Both the position numbers and the translations under genes were made by a program. From an uncultured Candidatus Saccharibacteria bacterium (GTDB lineage: Bacteria; Patescibacteriota; UBA1384; DTJR01), in NCBI GenBank assembly GCA_964473025.1, contig CAYYMZ010000002.1, positions 3,241 to 67,240 of the forward strand: a DNA stretch of 64,000 nucleotides. Direction: 5' to 3'. This document shows, one piece after another, positions 51,634 through 61,636 of this stretch. The notes under the pieces were generated by a model. It was not told the origin of the DNA. It made no database searches and saw only the letters and a list, made by a program, of their open reading frames with translations. Position 1 is the first letter of the stretch. Each line of letters begins with the position of its first letter.

Positions 51634-53499
51634 TCATAACTCGATTACCTCAATTTCATCTTGCGGAAGTTCGGTCAAAAATCTTGAGGGGGTTGACTGC
51701 TGAAAACTGCCATAAACAAACCGGCTAAGCGAATACCCCAAATAAAGACGTTCCATGGCACGCGTCATACCAACATAAAACAGACGGCGCTCTTCCTCGA
51801 GCTGGAATTGATCGCCAAGGGAGTTTGCGTGCGGGAAAAGACCCTCCTCCATGCCGGTAATAAAAACGACCGGAAATTCAAGCCCTTTGGCTAAATGCAC
51901 TGTCATGAGCGTCAGGACATCATCCGATTCTTTGTAATCATCAAGGTCGGAAACCAAGGCGACTCTTTCTAAAAATTCTTCAAGATTATTAAAATTAGAG
52001 GCCGCCGCTTTTAATTCCTCAATATTTTCAAGTCGGGTTTGTGATTCAAAAGTTCCATCACTTAAATAATCTTTATAAGACGAAATTCGGATTATTTCAC
52101 CGATTAAGGCGTCGGGTGAAGATGTGGCTGCTCTTGCGCGGAGTTCATCCATCATTTTTATAAAACTTGCGTATTTTGGGATAGCGTCTATGGCAGATTT
52201 GGGGTCGTCAAGAATTTTATTCAATGTTTTGTCCCCGATGCCTCTGGGCGGACAGTTGATAACACGGGAGAGAGAAATAACATCATCCGGATTTTGAATC
52301 AAACGAAGATATGCAATAATATCTTTTATTTCGCGTCTTTCATAAAATCGCACTCCCCCGAAAATACGGTAGGGGATCCCGTAGTTTAGAAGCTGTTCTT
52401 CAAAAAGTCGTGATTGCGCATTGGTGCGATATAACACGGCGAAGTCACTATATGACCGTCCCTCCCCTGCCCTAAGGGATGAAACTTCCTCTAGAAAAAA
52501 TTCTATCTCCCCTCTTTTTTCGTGCGCCCCCACCACCACAACCGGCGCACCGCTATCTTTTTTCGAGAATAGTTTTTTATCGGAGCGCATTGCGTTGTTT
52601 TTAATTACCCTCTGTGCGGCACTTAAAATTGGTATGGTTGAGCGGTAGTTTTCTTCCAAGAAAATAATTTTTGCGTCGGGATAATCTTTATTAAAATCTA
52701 AAATATTTTGAAACTTGGCCCCGCGAAAGGAGTAAATTGACTGCCAGTCGTCCCCTATTGCAAAGATGTTACGATTTTTATTCGCCAACAATTTTAAAAA
52801 TATATATTGGGCGTGGTTCGTATCTTGATATTCGTCGATTAAAATATATCGGAAACGGTTTTGATATTTGGCTAAAACGTCCAGCCGCGTCTGAAGAAGC
52901 TCAACTGTTTTAAAAATAAGGTCGTCAAAATCAAATGCGCCGGCCCCTTTCAAAATTTTTTCGTAGCGTGAAAAAACCTTTAGAACAATTTCCTGAAAAT
53001 GCTCCACGGCATATGCAGCGTATTGTTTGGCGCCGATCAATTCTCCCTTAGCTTGAGAAATATATGTTCTTATCGCCTTGGGGTTATACTTTTTGGGATC
53101 GATGTTTAATTCCGACATCGCTTTTTTGACAGCGCGGATGGCATCGTCTTCATCAAAAATGGTGAAGCTTTTTGGATAGTCCAAATTTTGGGCTTCGCGG
53201 CGTAAAATTTTAACGCAAATAGAGTGGAATGTTCCGAGCCAAAAAAGGTTTGATTTAATTTTTGAATCTGCCGACAGGAGCTTGTCGATTCTCTCGCGCA
53301 TATTATTGGCTGCTTTATTCGTAAAGGTAACCGCCAAAATATTATCGGGTAAAGCTTGTTTTTCTTTTATTAAATAAGCTAAGCGATGAGTAAGTGTTCT
53401 TGTTTTTCCCGATCCCGCTCCGGCAAGGATTAATACTGGCCCATCCGTCGCGAGGACCGCTTCCCTTTGTTGCTCATTTAAGCCGTCAAATATGTTCAT
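51634..53499 (-). CDS. pcrA: ATP-dependent DNA helicase PcrA/UvrD (superfamily 1)
   Basis: 'ILAGAGSGKTRTLTHR', 'DEYQDTN', 'TVHLAKGLEFPVVFI'. 621 aa. Confidence 0.9.
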   Translation of the reverse strand: MNIFDGLNEQQREAVLATDGPVLILAGAGSGKTRTLTHRLAYLIKEKQALPDNILAVTFTNKAANNMRERIDKLLSADSKIKSNLFWLGTFHSICVKILRREAQNLDYPKSFTIFDEDDAIRAVKKAMSELNIDPKKYNPKAIRTYISQAKGELIGAKQYAAYAVEHFQEIVLKVFSRYEKILKGAGAFDFDDLIFKTVELLQTRLDVLAKYQNRFRYILIDEYQDTNHAQYIFLKLLANKNRNIFAIGDDWQSIYSFRGAKFQNILDFNKDYPDAKIIFLEENYRSTIPILSAAQRVIKNNAMRSDKKLFSKKDSGAPVVVVGAHEKRGEIEFFLEEVSSLRAGEGRSYSDFAVLYRTNAQSRLFEEQLLNYGIPYRIFGGVRFYERREIKDIIAYLRLIQNPDDVISLSRVINCPPRGIGDKTLNKILDDPKSAIDAIPKYASFIKMMDELRARAATSSPDALIGEIIRISSYKDYLSDGTFESQTRLENIEELKAAASNFNNLEEFLERVALVSDLDDYKESDDVLTLMTVHLAKGLEFPVVFITGMEEGLFPHANSLGDQFQLEEERRLFYVGMTRAMERLYLGYSLSRFVYGSFQQSTPSRFLTELPQDEIEVIEL

Positions 53500-53588
53500 G
53501 AACTTAAAACTATCAAATTTGTTGCATTTTTGGAAATAAGTGGTGTATAATTTACATGTATCAACAGTTGATCTTAAGGTAGGGGTTA

Positions 53589-55238
53589 ATGAAGAAAACA
53601 GAGGAAACGCCGAAAGTAATGCATATTGGCGGATGGACTGCAGCAGTCATCGGTGCAGCCGTTTTTGCGGCTGTAGTCGGGGTATTTATGTATCAAAAGG
53701 CAAACGCTCCGATTGAAGCGGCGATAGAAGCACCTGCAGCGGCCGCTCCAGCATCTACCGCTGCTGAAACTTGCTCAAATGTCGCTCTTAATAATTATCC
53801 AGGAATGGATGTAGTCAATGCTGGTGCCGCTGAGTATAAGCATGAAATTTTCGAAAGTCAGATGGGCGGAACCTGGCGATGCAATGAATATTGCATTCCG
53901 GGGGTTGAGGAAGGTAGCTATACCAGTGCCAAAAGCCAGCAGGCTATTAAAACCTATCTTTCAGGCAAAACAATGGGCGGTCAGCAGGTTAATGTGGTCC
54001 AAAGCGGCCAGAATTTTCAGAAGTTATTATTACCAACCCCCAATGGCACAACAATGGCACGCACCGTAATCTTAGATGCATCAAAAAAAGAGTGCTTAGG
54101 TTACAATAAGGGTAAGGGGTGGAGCACGAATTATGAAAAAATGGTTGATGCTAACGGGACAGTAACTGCTCCGGCCGTTGAAAACTTAACTGCAGCTGAC
54201 GCCGAAAAATATCAAGAGGATATGACAAAACAAGAGGCCGCAAAGCAAGTAACGGCTAAGCCCGCTGAAACTTCAATAGGATCAGTACCCGTGTCTGGAG
54301 TTGATTCTGACACAAGGAGTATAAAGGGAAATCAAGACGGGCAGTCGGCAACGGTTACCGGTCCAGACGGCACTGAAACAACCGTGCTGACTCCAGAAAC
54401 GAGCAAAAGCGAATTTGTCAGATGCATGAAAACCGTAAATGATCACCTAACGAACAGGTCTTGGCTAAGCAAATTATTAGGCAAAGAAAAAGAATATGTA
54501 AAGGAATATGGCGGTATCAAAACGCTAACCGGCTATCCTGATGAAGATTTAATGACCAGTAAAATGCCAGCTGCCAGTGATGTGGAAAAGGCAAGAGAGA
54601 ACTGCTTTGCGCTTTCTGATAAAATAAACACTCAATATAAGGTTGCTGTAGAAGCAGCAACAGCAGCTAGTTCAAGAGACATCACTAACGATCCCGAATC
54701 AGTGGAGGGAAAAATACTGCTTGCGAAGTCAACAAGATTGGTTGTTAGAGGGGATATGTTTTTTGCCGATCAAGCCCCGTATATTGACAACGAGACAATA
54801 GTTTATGCCCGTGTCGGTGAACTTAATCTAAGTACAAAGATCAGGCGCGACAACGGTTACTTTGATGCTAGCCATCCGACTCGGTATCAAATGGTTCTCA
54901 ATGTAGATCAAAGCTGGCTTGCAAATACAATAAAAAATAAAAATAATGTCACCGTCTGGCTCTTCGGTTGGAACAGTGGAGGGGCAAAATATTACACGAG
55001 GGATATAATCGACTCCTACACTTTTGGTAAGCAGAGTTTTTCTCTCGCGACCACGGGAGACACGGTGACTGTTTTTCTCGACTTGGGTAAAAAGACACTT
55101 AAATCCAATTACGTATCAGGATTGTGGATTACTGGGGGCAAGAATCTGCCACCTCTTTACGAAAGAGGTCAAAGCAAGTGGCAAACGGTTACAAAATTCA
55201 AACAAATATTTGGTATCAGCGGAGATTTTAGAGACTAG
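53589..55238 (+). CDS. hypothetical large membrane-anchored/secreted protein, lineage-specific
   Basis: 549 aa with N-terminal TM 'WTAAVIGAAVFAAVVGVFMY'. No conserved motifs recognised. Confidence 0.5.
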   Translation: MKKTEETPKVMHIGGWTAAVIGAAVFAAVVGVFMYQKANAPIEAAIEAPAAAAPASTAAETCSNVALNNYPGMDVVNAGAAEYKHEIFESQMGGTWRCNEYCIPGVEEGSYTSAKSQQAIKTYLSGKTMGGQQVNVVQSGQNFQKLLLPTPNGTTMARTVILDASKKECLGYNKGKGWSTNYEKMVDANGTVTAPAVENLTAADAEKYQEDMTKQEAAKQVTAKPAETSIGSVPVSGVDSDTRSIKGNQDGQSATVTGPDGTETTVLTPETSKSEFVRCMKTVNDHLTNRSWLSKLLGKEKEYVKEYGGIKTLTGYPDEDLMTSKMPAASDVEKARENCFALSDKINTQYKVAVEAATAASSRDITNDPESVEGKILLAKSTRLVVRGDMFFADQAPYIDNETIVYARVGELNLSTKIRRDNGYFDASHPTRYQMVLNVDQSWLANTIKNKNNVTVWLFGWNSGGAKYYTRDIIDSYTFGKQSFSLATTGDTVTVFLDLGKKTLKSNYVSGLWITGGKNLPPLYERGQSKWQTVTKFKQIFGISGDFRD

Positions 55239-55242
55239 ATAT

Positions 55243-57027
55243 TCAAATAATTTGCGCGAGTTCTTCTCTCTCGATAGTTTCTTTTTTAAGGAGTGTCTCA
55301 GCTAATTTTTTGAGTTTGGTTTTGTTTTTAGTTAGGACTTCTTTGGCCTTAGCTTCGCCTTCGCGGACAAATTTCTCTACTTCCATATCAACCTGTGAGG
55401 CAACTTTTTCGGAAACATTTTTGTGCTCGCCCAATTCGCGGCCAAGAAAGACCATCTCGTCACGCTCTTTGGTGACAATCGGGCCTAAGAGATCGCTCAT
55501 ACCATAAACCTGCACCATATCACGGGCAATTTTAGTAGCACGCTCCAAGTCATTTGATGCCCCGGTGGTAAATTCGTTAAAGATCATTTTCTCAGAAACG
55601 CGGCCGGCTAGAAGTTGGGCGATATCATTCAAGAACCCGTTTTTTGACTGCATATATTTATCTTCCCTCGGTGTGCTCCAAGTATAACCCAACGCCATGC
55701 CGCGTGAGACAATTGAGATTTTATGCAGCTCTTCTTCGGGTTTTAAGATTTTGCCGACAATCGCATGTCCCGCTTCGTGATAAGCAGAGATCTTTTTTTC
55801 TTCTTCCGACATGATTTTGCTTTTGCGCTCAGGACCCAACGTTACCTTCTCTACTGCGCGTAAAATATCAAATTCAGTCACCGTTTTTTGGTTTTGGCGC
55901 GCAGCTAAAATAGCAGCTTCGTTCATTACATTTCTTAAATCCGCGCCACTCATTCCAACCGTATGCGTGGCAACGCGGGATAAATCAACACCTTTTTCAA
56001 CCGGCTTGTTCTTGGAGTGAATTTTTAAAATCGCTACGCGCTCTTTTTTATCAGGCAGCGATAAAGCAACACGGCGGTCAAATCTGCCGGGACGCAAAAG
56101 CGCCGGATCTAGCACGTCGGGACGGTTTGTGGCCGCCAAGATGATGACACGCGTGTCTGTATCAAATCCGTCCATTTCAACCAGTATCTGATTTAAGGTC
56201 TGTTCTCGCTCATCGTGGCTGCCACCAAGGCCAGCTCCGCGCTGGCGGCCAATGGCATCTAATTCATCAATAAAAATAACACAAGGGGCATTTCTTTTTG
56301 CTTTCATAAACATATCGCGCACGCGCGAGGCACCGACACCGACAAACATCTCAACAAACTCCGAGGCGGAAATTGCAAAAAATGGGACGGCGGCTTCTCC
56401 CGCAACAGCTTTAGCTAATAGCGTTTTTCCAACTCCGGGCAAGCCCACCAGCAAAACCCCTTTTGGTATTTCTGCGCCCAAGGCCTTAAACTTAGTCGGA
56501 TTTTTCAAAAACTGAACAACCTCAACCAACTCTTCTTTTGCTTCATCTAACCCGGCTACATCGGCAAAAGTAACCTTATTGTTGGCGTTGGAAAGGCGCG
56601 CGGTTGATTTACCGAAACTCATTGCTTTCATATTGGCACCTTGGGCCTGGCGCAGCATAAAGTAAATAAATCCCCCCAAGAGCAAAAACGGTAAAACAAT
56701 ACCCAGGATCGTTGGCCAGGCACTGCCGGAATCTGGATTTTTGACATCGAGCGTAACTTTATCTGGTGTAATACCGTAATCAACCAGCGAGATCCCCTGC
56801 TCTTTGTATGACTGAAGCTGTTTGCCGTCTTTTAGATCGGCGGTTATTTTATCGTTTTGCCCGGTAATTTTTGTTATGTTGCCCAATCTAACTTCCTCCT
56901 GGATACGGCTTAAAGTAACGTTTTCGGGAGCTGTCTTGTAAAGAGGGCTGAATAAATTATAAAGAGTAGCCGCTACAAGCAGCAATACAACAACAGTTGC
57001 TATCGTTCTAATTTGATTTGGTTTCAT
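55243..57027 (-). CDS. ftsH: ATP-dependent zinc metalloprotease FtsH
   Basis: Two TM helices, AAA '[13 protein letters not shown]', SRH, and a Zn site 'HEAGHA'. Confidence 0.95.
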   Translation of the reverse strand: MKPNQIRTIATVVVLLLVAATLYNLFSPLYKTAPENVTLSRIQEEVRLGNITKITGQNDKITADLKDGKQLQSYKEQGISLVDYGITPDKVTLDVKNPDSGSAWPTILGIVLPFLLLGGFIYFMLRQAQGANMKAMSFGKSTARLSNANNKVTFADVAGLDEAKEELVEVVQFLKNPTKFKALGAEIPKGVLLVGLPGVGKTLLAKAVAGEAAVPFFAISASEFVEMFVGVGASRVRDMFMKAKRNAPCVIFIDELDAIGRQRGAGLGGSHDEREQTLNQILVEMDGFDTDTRVIILAATNRPDVLDPALLRPGRFDRRVALSLPDKKERVAILKIHSKNKPVEKGVDLSRVATHTVGMSGADLRNVMNEAAILAARQNQKTVTEFDILRAVEKVTLGPERKSKIMSEEEKKISAYHEAGHAIVGKILKPEEELHKISIVSRGMALGYTWSTPREDKYMQSKNGFLNDIAQLLAGRVSEKMIFNEFTTGASNDLERATKIARDMVQVYGMSDLLGPIVTKERDEMVFLGRELGEHKNVSEKVASQVDMEVEKFVREGEAKAKEVLTKNKTKLKKLAETLLKKETIEREELAQII

Positions 57028-57064
57028 GATATAAGTTAAAAGTTAAAAAAATTAGTTGTGGGGC

Positions 57065-57171
57065 GACGTGGGATGGTGGTAGTGACCGGATTCGAACCTG
57101 TGACCTAGGGGTTATGATTCCCTCGCTCCCAGCCTCATCGGCTGGTCCGCCGTAGAGGCGGATAACTTCAC
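57065..57171 (-). repeat. tRNA-Met-like 3' fragment (anticodon arm with CAU, T-arm, acceptor 3', CCA) lacking a matching 5' acceptor; joined to tRNA-Met by a 'UUUAACGGGG' linker
   Basis: '...GAGCGAGGGAAUCAUAACCCCUAGGUCACAGGUUCGAAUCCGGUCACUACCACCA'. The same 'CCA-UUUAACGGGG' junction follows tRNA-Leu(CAG) at 34532..34538. Confidence 0.5.
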
Positions 57172-57246
57172 CCCGTTAAATGGTGGTAGCAGGAGGGTTC
57201 GAACCTCCGACCTAAGGGTTATGATTCCTTCGCTCTACCACTGAGC
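57172..57246 (-). tRNA. tRNA-Met/Ile2 (anticodon CAU), CCA encoded
   Basis: 'GGUAGCAUAGCUCAGUGGUAGAGCG-AAGGA-AUCAUAA-CCCUU-AGGUC-GGAGGUUCGAACCCUCC-UGCUACCACCA' with full acceptor pairing. Confidence 0.8.
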
Positions 57247-57351
57247 TATGCTACCTTCGTTATCTAATAAAATTAACGGGGCATGCTGAGCTACACTACC
57301 GTAGCTACAGTGATATTTTACGCGCTCAACCTTAAAATGTAAAGTGTCTTT

Positions 57352-57379
57352 AACATAAAAACTTGCCGCCTTAGCAAGT
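57352..57379 (-). terminator. rho-independent terminator directly after el5
   Basis: Minus sense 'ACUUGCUAAGGCGGCAAGU' + 'UUUUAUGUU'. Confidence 0.6.
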
Positions 57380-57405
57380 TTTAGCTTAATTTTGGTGGGG
57401 TGTAT

Positions 57406-57581
57406 GCCTACCAGCAGGGATTCGGTCACCCGCCGAAATCTGCTGATTTCGCGGTCGACCCCGTTTATTAATTCCCTGTCGGATTATTCGCGAGTTCCAC
57501 CCTCGCGAAGCGCGCCGTCGCGCTCCGGCCTTCTCATCCCACCCGCCAAAATGGCTCGCCCCCTTCGGGTGCAATCCATTT
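57406..57581 (-). repeat. GC-rich ORF-less element el5, immediately 3' of tRNA-Met(CAU); ends with a degenerate copy of the tRNA 3' region ('GUGAC|CGAAUCCCUGCUGGUAGGCA')
   Basis: Shares 'GAGAAGGCCGGAGCGCGACGGCGCGC', 'GGGGUCGACCGCG' and 'AAAUCAGCAGAUUU' blocks with el1, el2 and el4. The first 40 nt after the tRNA CCA form a long hairpin. Confidence 0.6.
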
Positions 57582-57658
57582 TGGTAGCAGGGGTGGGATT
57601 CGAACCCACGACCTCAAGGTTATGAGCCTTGCGAGCTACCAGACTGCTCCACCCTGCG
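57582..57658 (-). tRNA. tRNA-Met (anticodon CAU) with unpaired C1·U72, possibly initiator-type; CCA encoded
   Basis: 'CGCAGGGUGGAGCAGUCUGGUAGCUCG-CAAGG-CUCAUAA-CCUUG-AGGUC-GUGGGUUCGAAUCCCAC-CCCUGCUACCA'. Confidence 0.78.
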
Positions 57659-57771
57659 CCAATTTAACAACTTCAAATAACTCTCTCACCACTAGGCCTA
57701 AAAATAGCACAAATGCCACAAAAAGTAAACCCCAACATCCATTAAATCAGGTTGGCGGGGCCAATCTTAAA

Positions 57772-58176
57772 TTAGGATCCGTCAAGTGCCTGATTCACAA
57801 GTTTGTCCGCCTCTTTATTTTGCTCGCGCCTGACGTGGCGGAAAACGACTGCGCCGCCAAGCTCCAAAACAAGCTCCCTTACCTCATAGTAGAGTTCTTT
57901 TAGGTTTGCATCCTTAACTTTATACTCCCCATTCAACTGCCGTGAAACTAGCTCTGAGTCCAAGTTTATTTCTATTGATTGGGGTTTGAATTTTTCTTTC
58001 GCTATTTTCAGGGCGCAAATCACGGCTCTATATTCAGCCACATTATTTGTCGCCTCGCCTATTCGTTCTTTGTGAGAGTGGATTTTTTTGTCATCGCTAA
58101 AAAAAACGACCCCGACTGCCGCCTCTCCCGGGTTACCGCGCGCACCCCCGTCTGTAAAAATTTTTAAATCATTCAT
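57772..58176 (-). CDS. rnhA: ribonuclease HI
   Basis: 'IFTDGGARGNPG', 'TNNVAEYRA', 'VVFRHVRREQNKEAD'. Start taken at the internal Met of ORF 57772..58287. Confidence 0.85.
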   Translation of the reverse strand: MNDLKIFTDGGARGNPGEAAVGVVFFSDDKKIHSHKERIGEATNNVAEYRAVICALKIAKEKFKPQSIEINLDSELVSRQLNGEYKVKDANLKELYYEVRELVLELGGAVVFRHVRREQNKEADKLVNQALDGS

Positions 58177-58177
58177 T

Positions 58178-59164
58178 TTAGAGCCCACTACATTCACTAC
58201 CACAATATATACCGTAATCAAAGAGGCCGAGATAATTTCCGTTGTTTGAGGAATCAAGTTTTGCTTCAACTTTTCGCCGCGCTCCACCCGCCGATCCGAC
58301 CGATGAAATAATCAGGGTACCGGGTGCGTTTTGGGTTGGGATAAGCTTCTTATTTGTGGTTGCCTCAATGGCATAAAATATTGACCTTGATTGATCACTT
58401 GCGGGAGCACCTGTTATCCTGCCTGCCTTCTGTGCATTTGCGAGCAGATCCCTACTTCCGATCTGGGGCCTGATGCGAAGATGGCATGTGACATTTGTCA
58501 TTTGGCATTTAACGAAATCACCTATCTCAATCATATTTTTGCTCGGGTCGATATTAGTATCTTCCCAAATAAGCTGATTTTCACCCGAAAGTGTTGAAGA
58601 TGTGTCCACTAAGCGAACATTAATGGCTGTGAAATAATTGCTCGCAAGAGAGGTTGGCAATGGCGTGGTATTCGCATAAGGCGGGGTGAAATAAATTTTT
58701 ATATCAGTCAGAAGTTCGCCCGGACCCTGCGCTTTTGATGTAAAATAGGTCAGATCAATATCAACCGTGTCATCAATATTGATGCTCCTTGCTTTTGCGG
58801 GATCTAACAACAACTGGATAGATGCCCCAGATGCGATGCTCGATATATCGCCAACGCTTAATGAGTCGGTCTTAAAGCCAAGCCGGTATGATATTTCGGT
58901 GCCGCCTGCGTTTGGTATCGTCGTCTTGCCTAAATCGCCAAAGAGTTCCTGCGTCACGTTATCGGCCTTGGCGTATTTATACCTTAAAAGCCCGTCTTCG
59001 ATGCCGGAGAGGGCCGCCCTGTAGGCGAGTTTTCCGTCCCTAGATTGCGCGGACATTTGAGAAAATTGGCTCATCGCAACCGACGCACCGATAACCAGAC
59101 CTGACACAACTACTCCAAGCGCCAGAGCAACTAACAGAGCTGATGATTTATATTTTTTCATCAA
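58178..59164 (-). CDS. pilus-associated protein with N-terminal hydrophobic pilin-like segment (non-canonical prepilin motif)
   Basis: 328 aa with 'SSALLVALALGVVVSGLVIG'. Last gene of the pilin gene run. Confidence 0.4.
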   Translation of the reverse strand: MMKKYKSSALLVALALGVVVSGLVIGASVAMSQFSQMSAQSRDGKLAYRAALSGIEDGLLRYKYAKADNVTQELFGDLGKTTIPNAGGTEISYRLGFKTDSLSVGDISSIASGASIQLLLDPAKARSINIDDTVDIDLTYFTSKAQGPGELLTDIKIYFTPPYANTTPLPTSLASNYFTAINVRLVDTSSTLSGENQLIWEDTNIDPSKNMIEIGDFVKCQMTNVTCHLRIRPQIGSRDLLANAQKAGRITGAPASDQSRSIFYAIEATTNKKLIPTQNAPGTLIISSVGSAGGARRKVEAKLDSSNNGNYLGLFDYGIYCGSECSGL

Positions 59165-59850
59165 AAATTACCCTCCCCATTTGACACTCTCAAAGAAAGA
59201 TAGGAAAAATTTTGGTCTTGGCTCGTCGGATTTTGAATATTGTACAGATTATCCTCCAGTACAACCGTAAATAGGTGCGAACTTTGATTGTTATTATTTT
59301 TGACGCCCCAAATTTTAAACGGCGTGGCCAAGCCCAAAGATGTTGGCGAGCCATAACAAGTTTGATTCCCCGTTTTTAAAAATTCGTTGGCAACCGGAAC
59401 GCTATCACCTTCAACGGGCAACGTGGCATCAGACCCATCTTTTCCAAATTCCCTAAAAAGATACTGCTGGCTTTTGTCTTTGTAGATGACTGAATATGAG
59501 CCGTCGGACAAAAACATAGCCAGGCCGGCAAACTGGATATCTTCCGTCGGAAGTTGCTCCAGCGACAAACTATCATTTGCGACATCAATGTCTTTAAATA
59601 AATAACCATCGCCTTGCCCTATAATTCCCATGATCCGAGGTTCTCTGTTGCTGTTGTTCACGCCACTTTCGACAAAATTCTGTAATATTTCCCGACACTC
59701 ACCGGTATTTTTCAAATCCCTTGCCCGATCATTTGCTTTTCGGATCATTCCAAACGAAGCCGCTGCCATCATTGCTACAAACATAAAAATAGACGATGCG
59801 ATCAGAATTTCGATCAAGCTAAATGATAGGATTTTTTTCATTTTTCCCAA
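59161..59850 (-). CDS. type IV minor pilin / pseudopilin-like protein
   Basis: N-terminal class-III signal-like 'KKILSFSLIEILIASSIFMF'. Confidence 0.6.
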   Translation of the reverse strand: MGKMKKILSFSLIEILIASSIFMFVAMMAAASFGMIRKANDRARDLKNTGECREILQNFVESGVNNSNREPRIMGIIGQGDGYLFKDIDVANDSLSLEQLPTEDIQFAGLAMFLSDGSYSVIYKDKSQQYLFREFGKDGSDATLPVEGDSVPVANEFLKTGNQTCYGSPTSLGLATPFKIWGVKNNNNQSSHLFTVVLEDNLYNIQNPTSQDQNFSYLSLRVSNGEGNF

Positions 59851-60428
59851 GCGGTAAAATATTGCGTTATGACATAATGCTTTTCGTTTGAGCTTTCCGA
59901 TATATTAAATGCCGGTGACTCATCCCAGACAACATCAACCCTTACGAAACGACATACTTCAGGGGGAATATCATTATTTTCTGAACCTGAACATGAATTT
60001 TGCGGCTTTGAAACACTGACCTTGTATCGAAAGAAATCAGCAGAGTAAGGATTTGCCTTGCCCTTGAAGTCAAAATAAGCAAAACCCGTCTGGGAATATT
60101 TGGTGTTTGATTGATATGGCAAAATCGCGCCACCAGAAACACAATCCAATCCAAGCGCCTTGTATCCCTCGGTGTCGAAGCATTCAATCGGAAAAGAAGT
60201 TGCCGATGATGATAAATCAAAAGTAACCTGACCTAGTTCTTTGGCGGATGAAACCCGTTCCAAAATATCGTTTGAAATTTGACTGGCGATGGAATATGTA
60301 TCATTTTTCGTTGCAACTTTAATAGAACTCGAAGATAAGGCAACGGCCGCAGATAAAATCAAAACAATTACGACCGAGGCAATCAGCGCCTCTGTCAAGC
60401 CGAATGCTTTTAGTTTAATTTTCTTCAT
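59838..60428 (-). CDS. type IV minor pilin-like protein
   Basis: 'KAFGLTEALIASVVIVLIL' prepilin-type N-terminus. Confidence 0.6.
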   Translation of the reverse strand: MKKIKLKAFGLTEALIASVVIVLILSAAVALSSSSIKVATKNDTYSIASQISNDILERVSSAKELGQVTFDLSSSATSFPIECFDTEGYKALGLDCVSGGAILPYQSNTKYSQTGFAYFDFKGKANPYSADFFRYKVSVSKPQNSCSGSENNDIPPEVCRFVRVDVVWDESPAFNISESSNEKHYVITQYFTAWEK

Positions 60429-60943
60429 GGCAATTGAGTTGCGGTTGCGCTAACCGACGATCCGTCTTCAATTACAGCAATTTCACCGGAAATTCCGATA
60501 CTTAAAGTCGCCTTAGTCGATGAGGAAAACGGGCGTTTCTGGGGCGTAAAGATAATATTTTTTTTTGCCCCGACATATTTACCAGACGGACTTTCGAAGT
60601 AAAGTGTTTCGAAGTTTCTCATCGTAGAGCCAGTTAAGGAAATTCTGTCTCCGCCACCAAGAAGTACGGGGCTGTCACTCGTAGGTATAAATTTATAAAT
60701 TTCAGCGTTTTTATCATTCTGCCAGATAACACCGTAACCTTTGGCATTTTCATCTTCGGGGTTTGCAGCATAATTTCTGGCCTTGGTGATCAAGGTACTC
60801 AAAAGTTCTGCATCCGCCTTGGCGGGTGAGGCGCCCGATGTTCTTGAAAAGATTACGATGGACGCACCGATCAGTAACAGCGCGATTGTGGTTGCAATCA
60901 AAAATTCAATTAAGGTGAAAGATTTTATCTTATCTCGCCACAT
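60425..60943 (-). CDS. type IV minor pilin (GspH/FimT-like)
   Basis: 'KSFTLIEFLIATTIALLLIG'. Confidence 0.7.
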   Translation of the reverse strand: MWRDKIKSFTLIEFLIATTIALLLIGASIVIFSRTSGASPAKADAELLSTLITKARNYAANPEDENAKGYGVIWQNDKNAEIYKFIPTSDSPVLLGGGDRISLTGSTMRNFETLYFESPSGKYVGAKKNIIFTPQKRPFSSSTKATLSIGISGEIAVIEDGSSVSATATQLP

Positions 60944-61448
60944 AATAAAGACAATCTTGGGTAGTTATACGTTTACCGCTAACGTATTTTTTCATTACAT
61001 CGGGGAGATCGGCATCCGTCGGTGACGTAACATTACAGAGGGACTTTTCCGCTTCAATTTTTTTGACGATAACCGCCGATCTTTGACCATCGCTCCCCAC
61101 CACATAATCATATCCGTAGCCGGTGCCACCTAGCGGATCCTGAGGAAACGGGCTTAAGTAATTCGCCAAGTCCGAGGCGATGTTTTTAATATCAGTAATA
61201 CAAAATTGTTCCACCCCAACTTGCTGAGGATAAGCACACCCTGGATCAGGATACTTTCTTTGGTGATCTAGTGCATACTGATCCAAGGCAACGGCAATAT
61301 TGTTGGCGTCGATTACTCTCTTCTCATCTCTCGCTTTCTTTTTCGAGTTAACTAAGCTTAAAGACACGAACGTGGTCAAAATCAAAATAACCGTCACAAC
61401 AACCATAAGTTCAACTAAGGTGAAAGATCTAAATTTACGATTTATCAT
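60930..61448 (-). CDS. type IV pilin (second pilin paralog)
   Basis: 'RSFTLVELMVVVTVILIL' + 'ARDEKRVIDANNIAVALDQY'. Confidence 0.75.
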   Translation of the reverse strand: MINRKFRSFTLVELMVVVTVILILTTFVSLSLVNSKKKARDEKRVIDANNIAVALDQYALDHQRKYPDPGCAYPQQVGVEQFCITDIKNIASDLANYLSPFPQDPLGGTGYGYDYVVGSDGQRSAVIVKKIEAEKSLCNVTSPTDADLPDVMKKYVSGKRITTQDCLYYVAR

Positions 61449-61636
61449 TATTCTCCCGGGTAGTGAAAATTTGACTATTTTTCACTACATTTTTTAATTT
61501 ATTTTATCCTTGAATTTTACAAAAAACTTAATCAGATGCTAAGCAATCTTGAAAAATAAATATTTTTCGTCAAATTCCTACTACCCGGCCTCCTTTGCTT
61601 TATTTACGCCTCATCCACAAACCGCCTAAACACAAT

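Noticed and set aside
57100-57135. Hammerhead-ribozyme-like 'CCGAUGAGGC' in the tRNA-Met-like fragment
   Set aside because: The conserved 'CUGAUGA' core has C instead of U at the essential U4 position. There is no recognisable 'GAAA' or stem III partner.
57772-58287. N-terminal 37-residue extension of the rnhA ORF with a TM-like segment
   Set aside because: The RNase H fold starts at 'MNDLKIFTDGG'. The extension overlaps the upstream pilin-like gene's end and is probably not translated.
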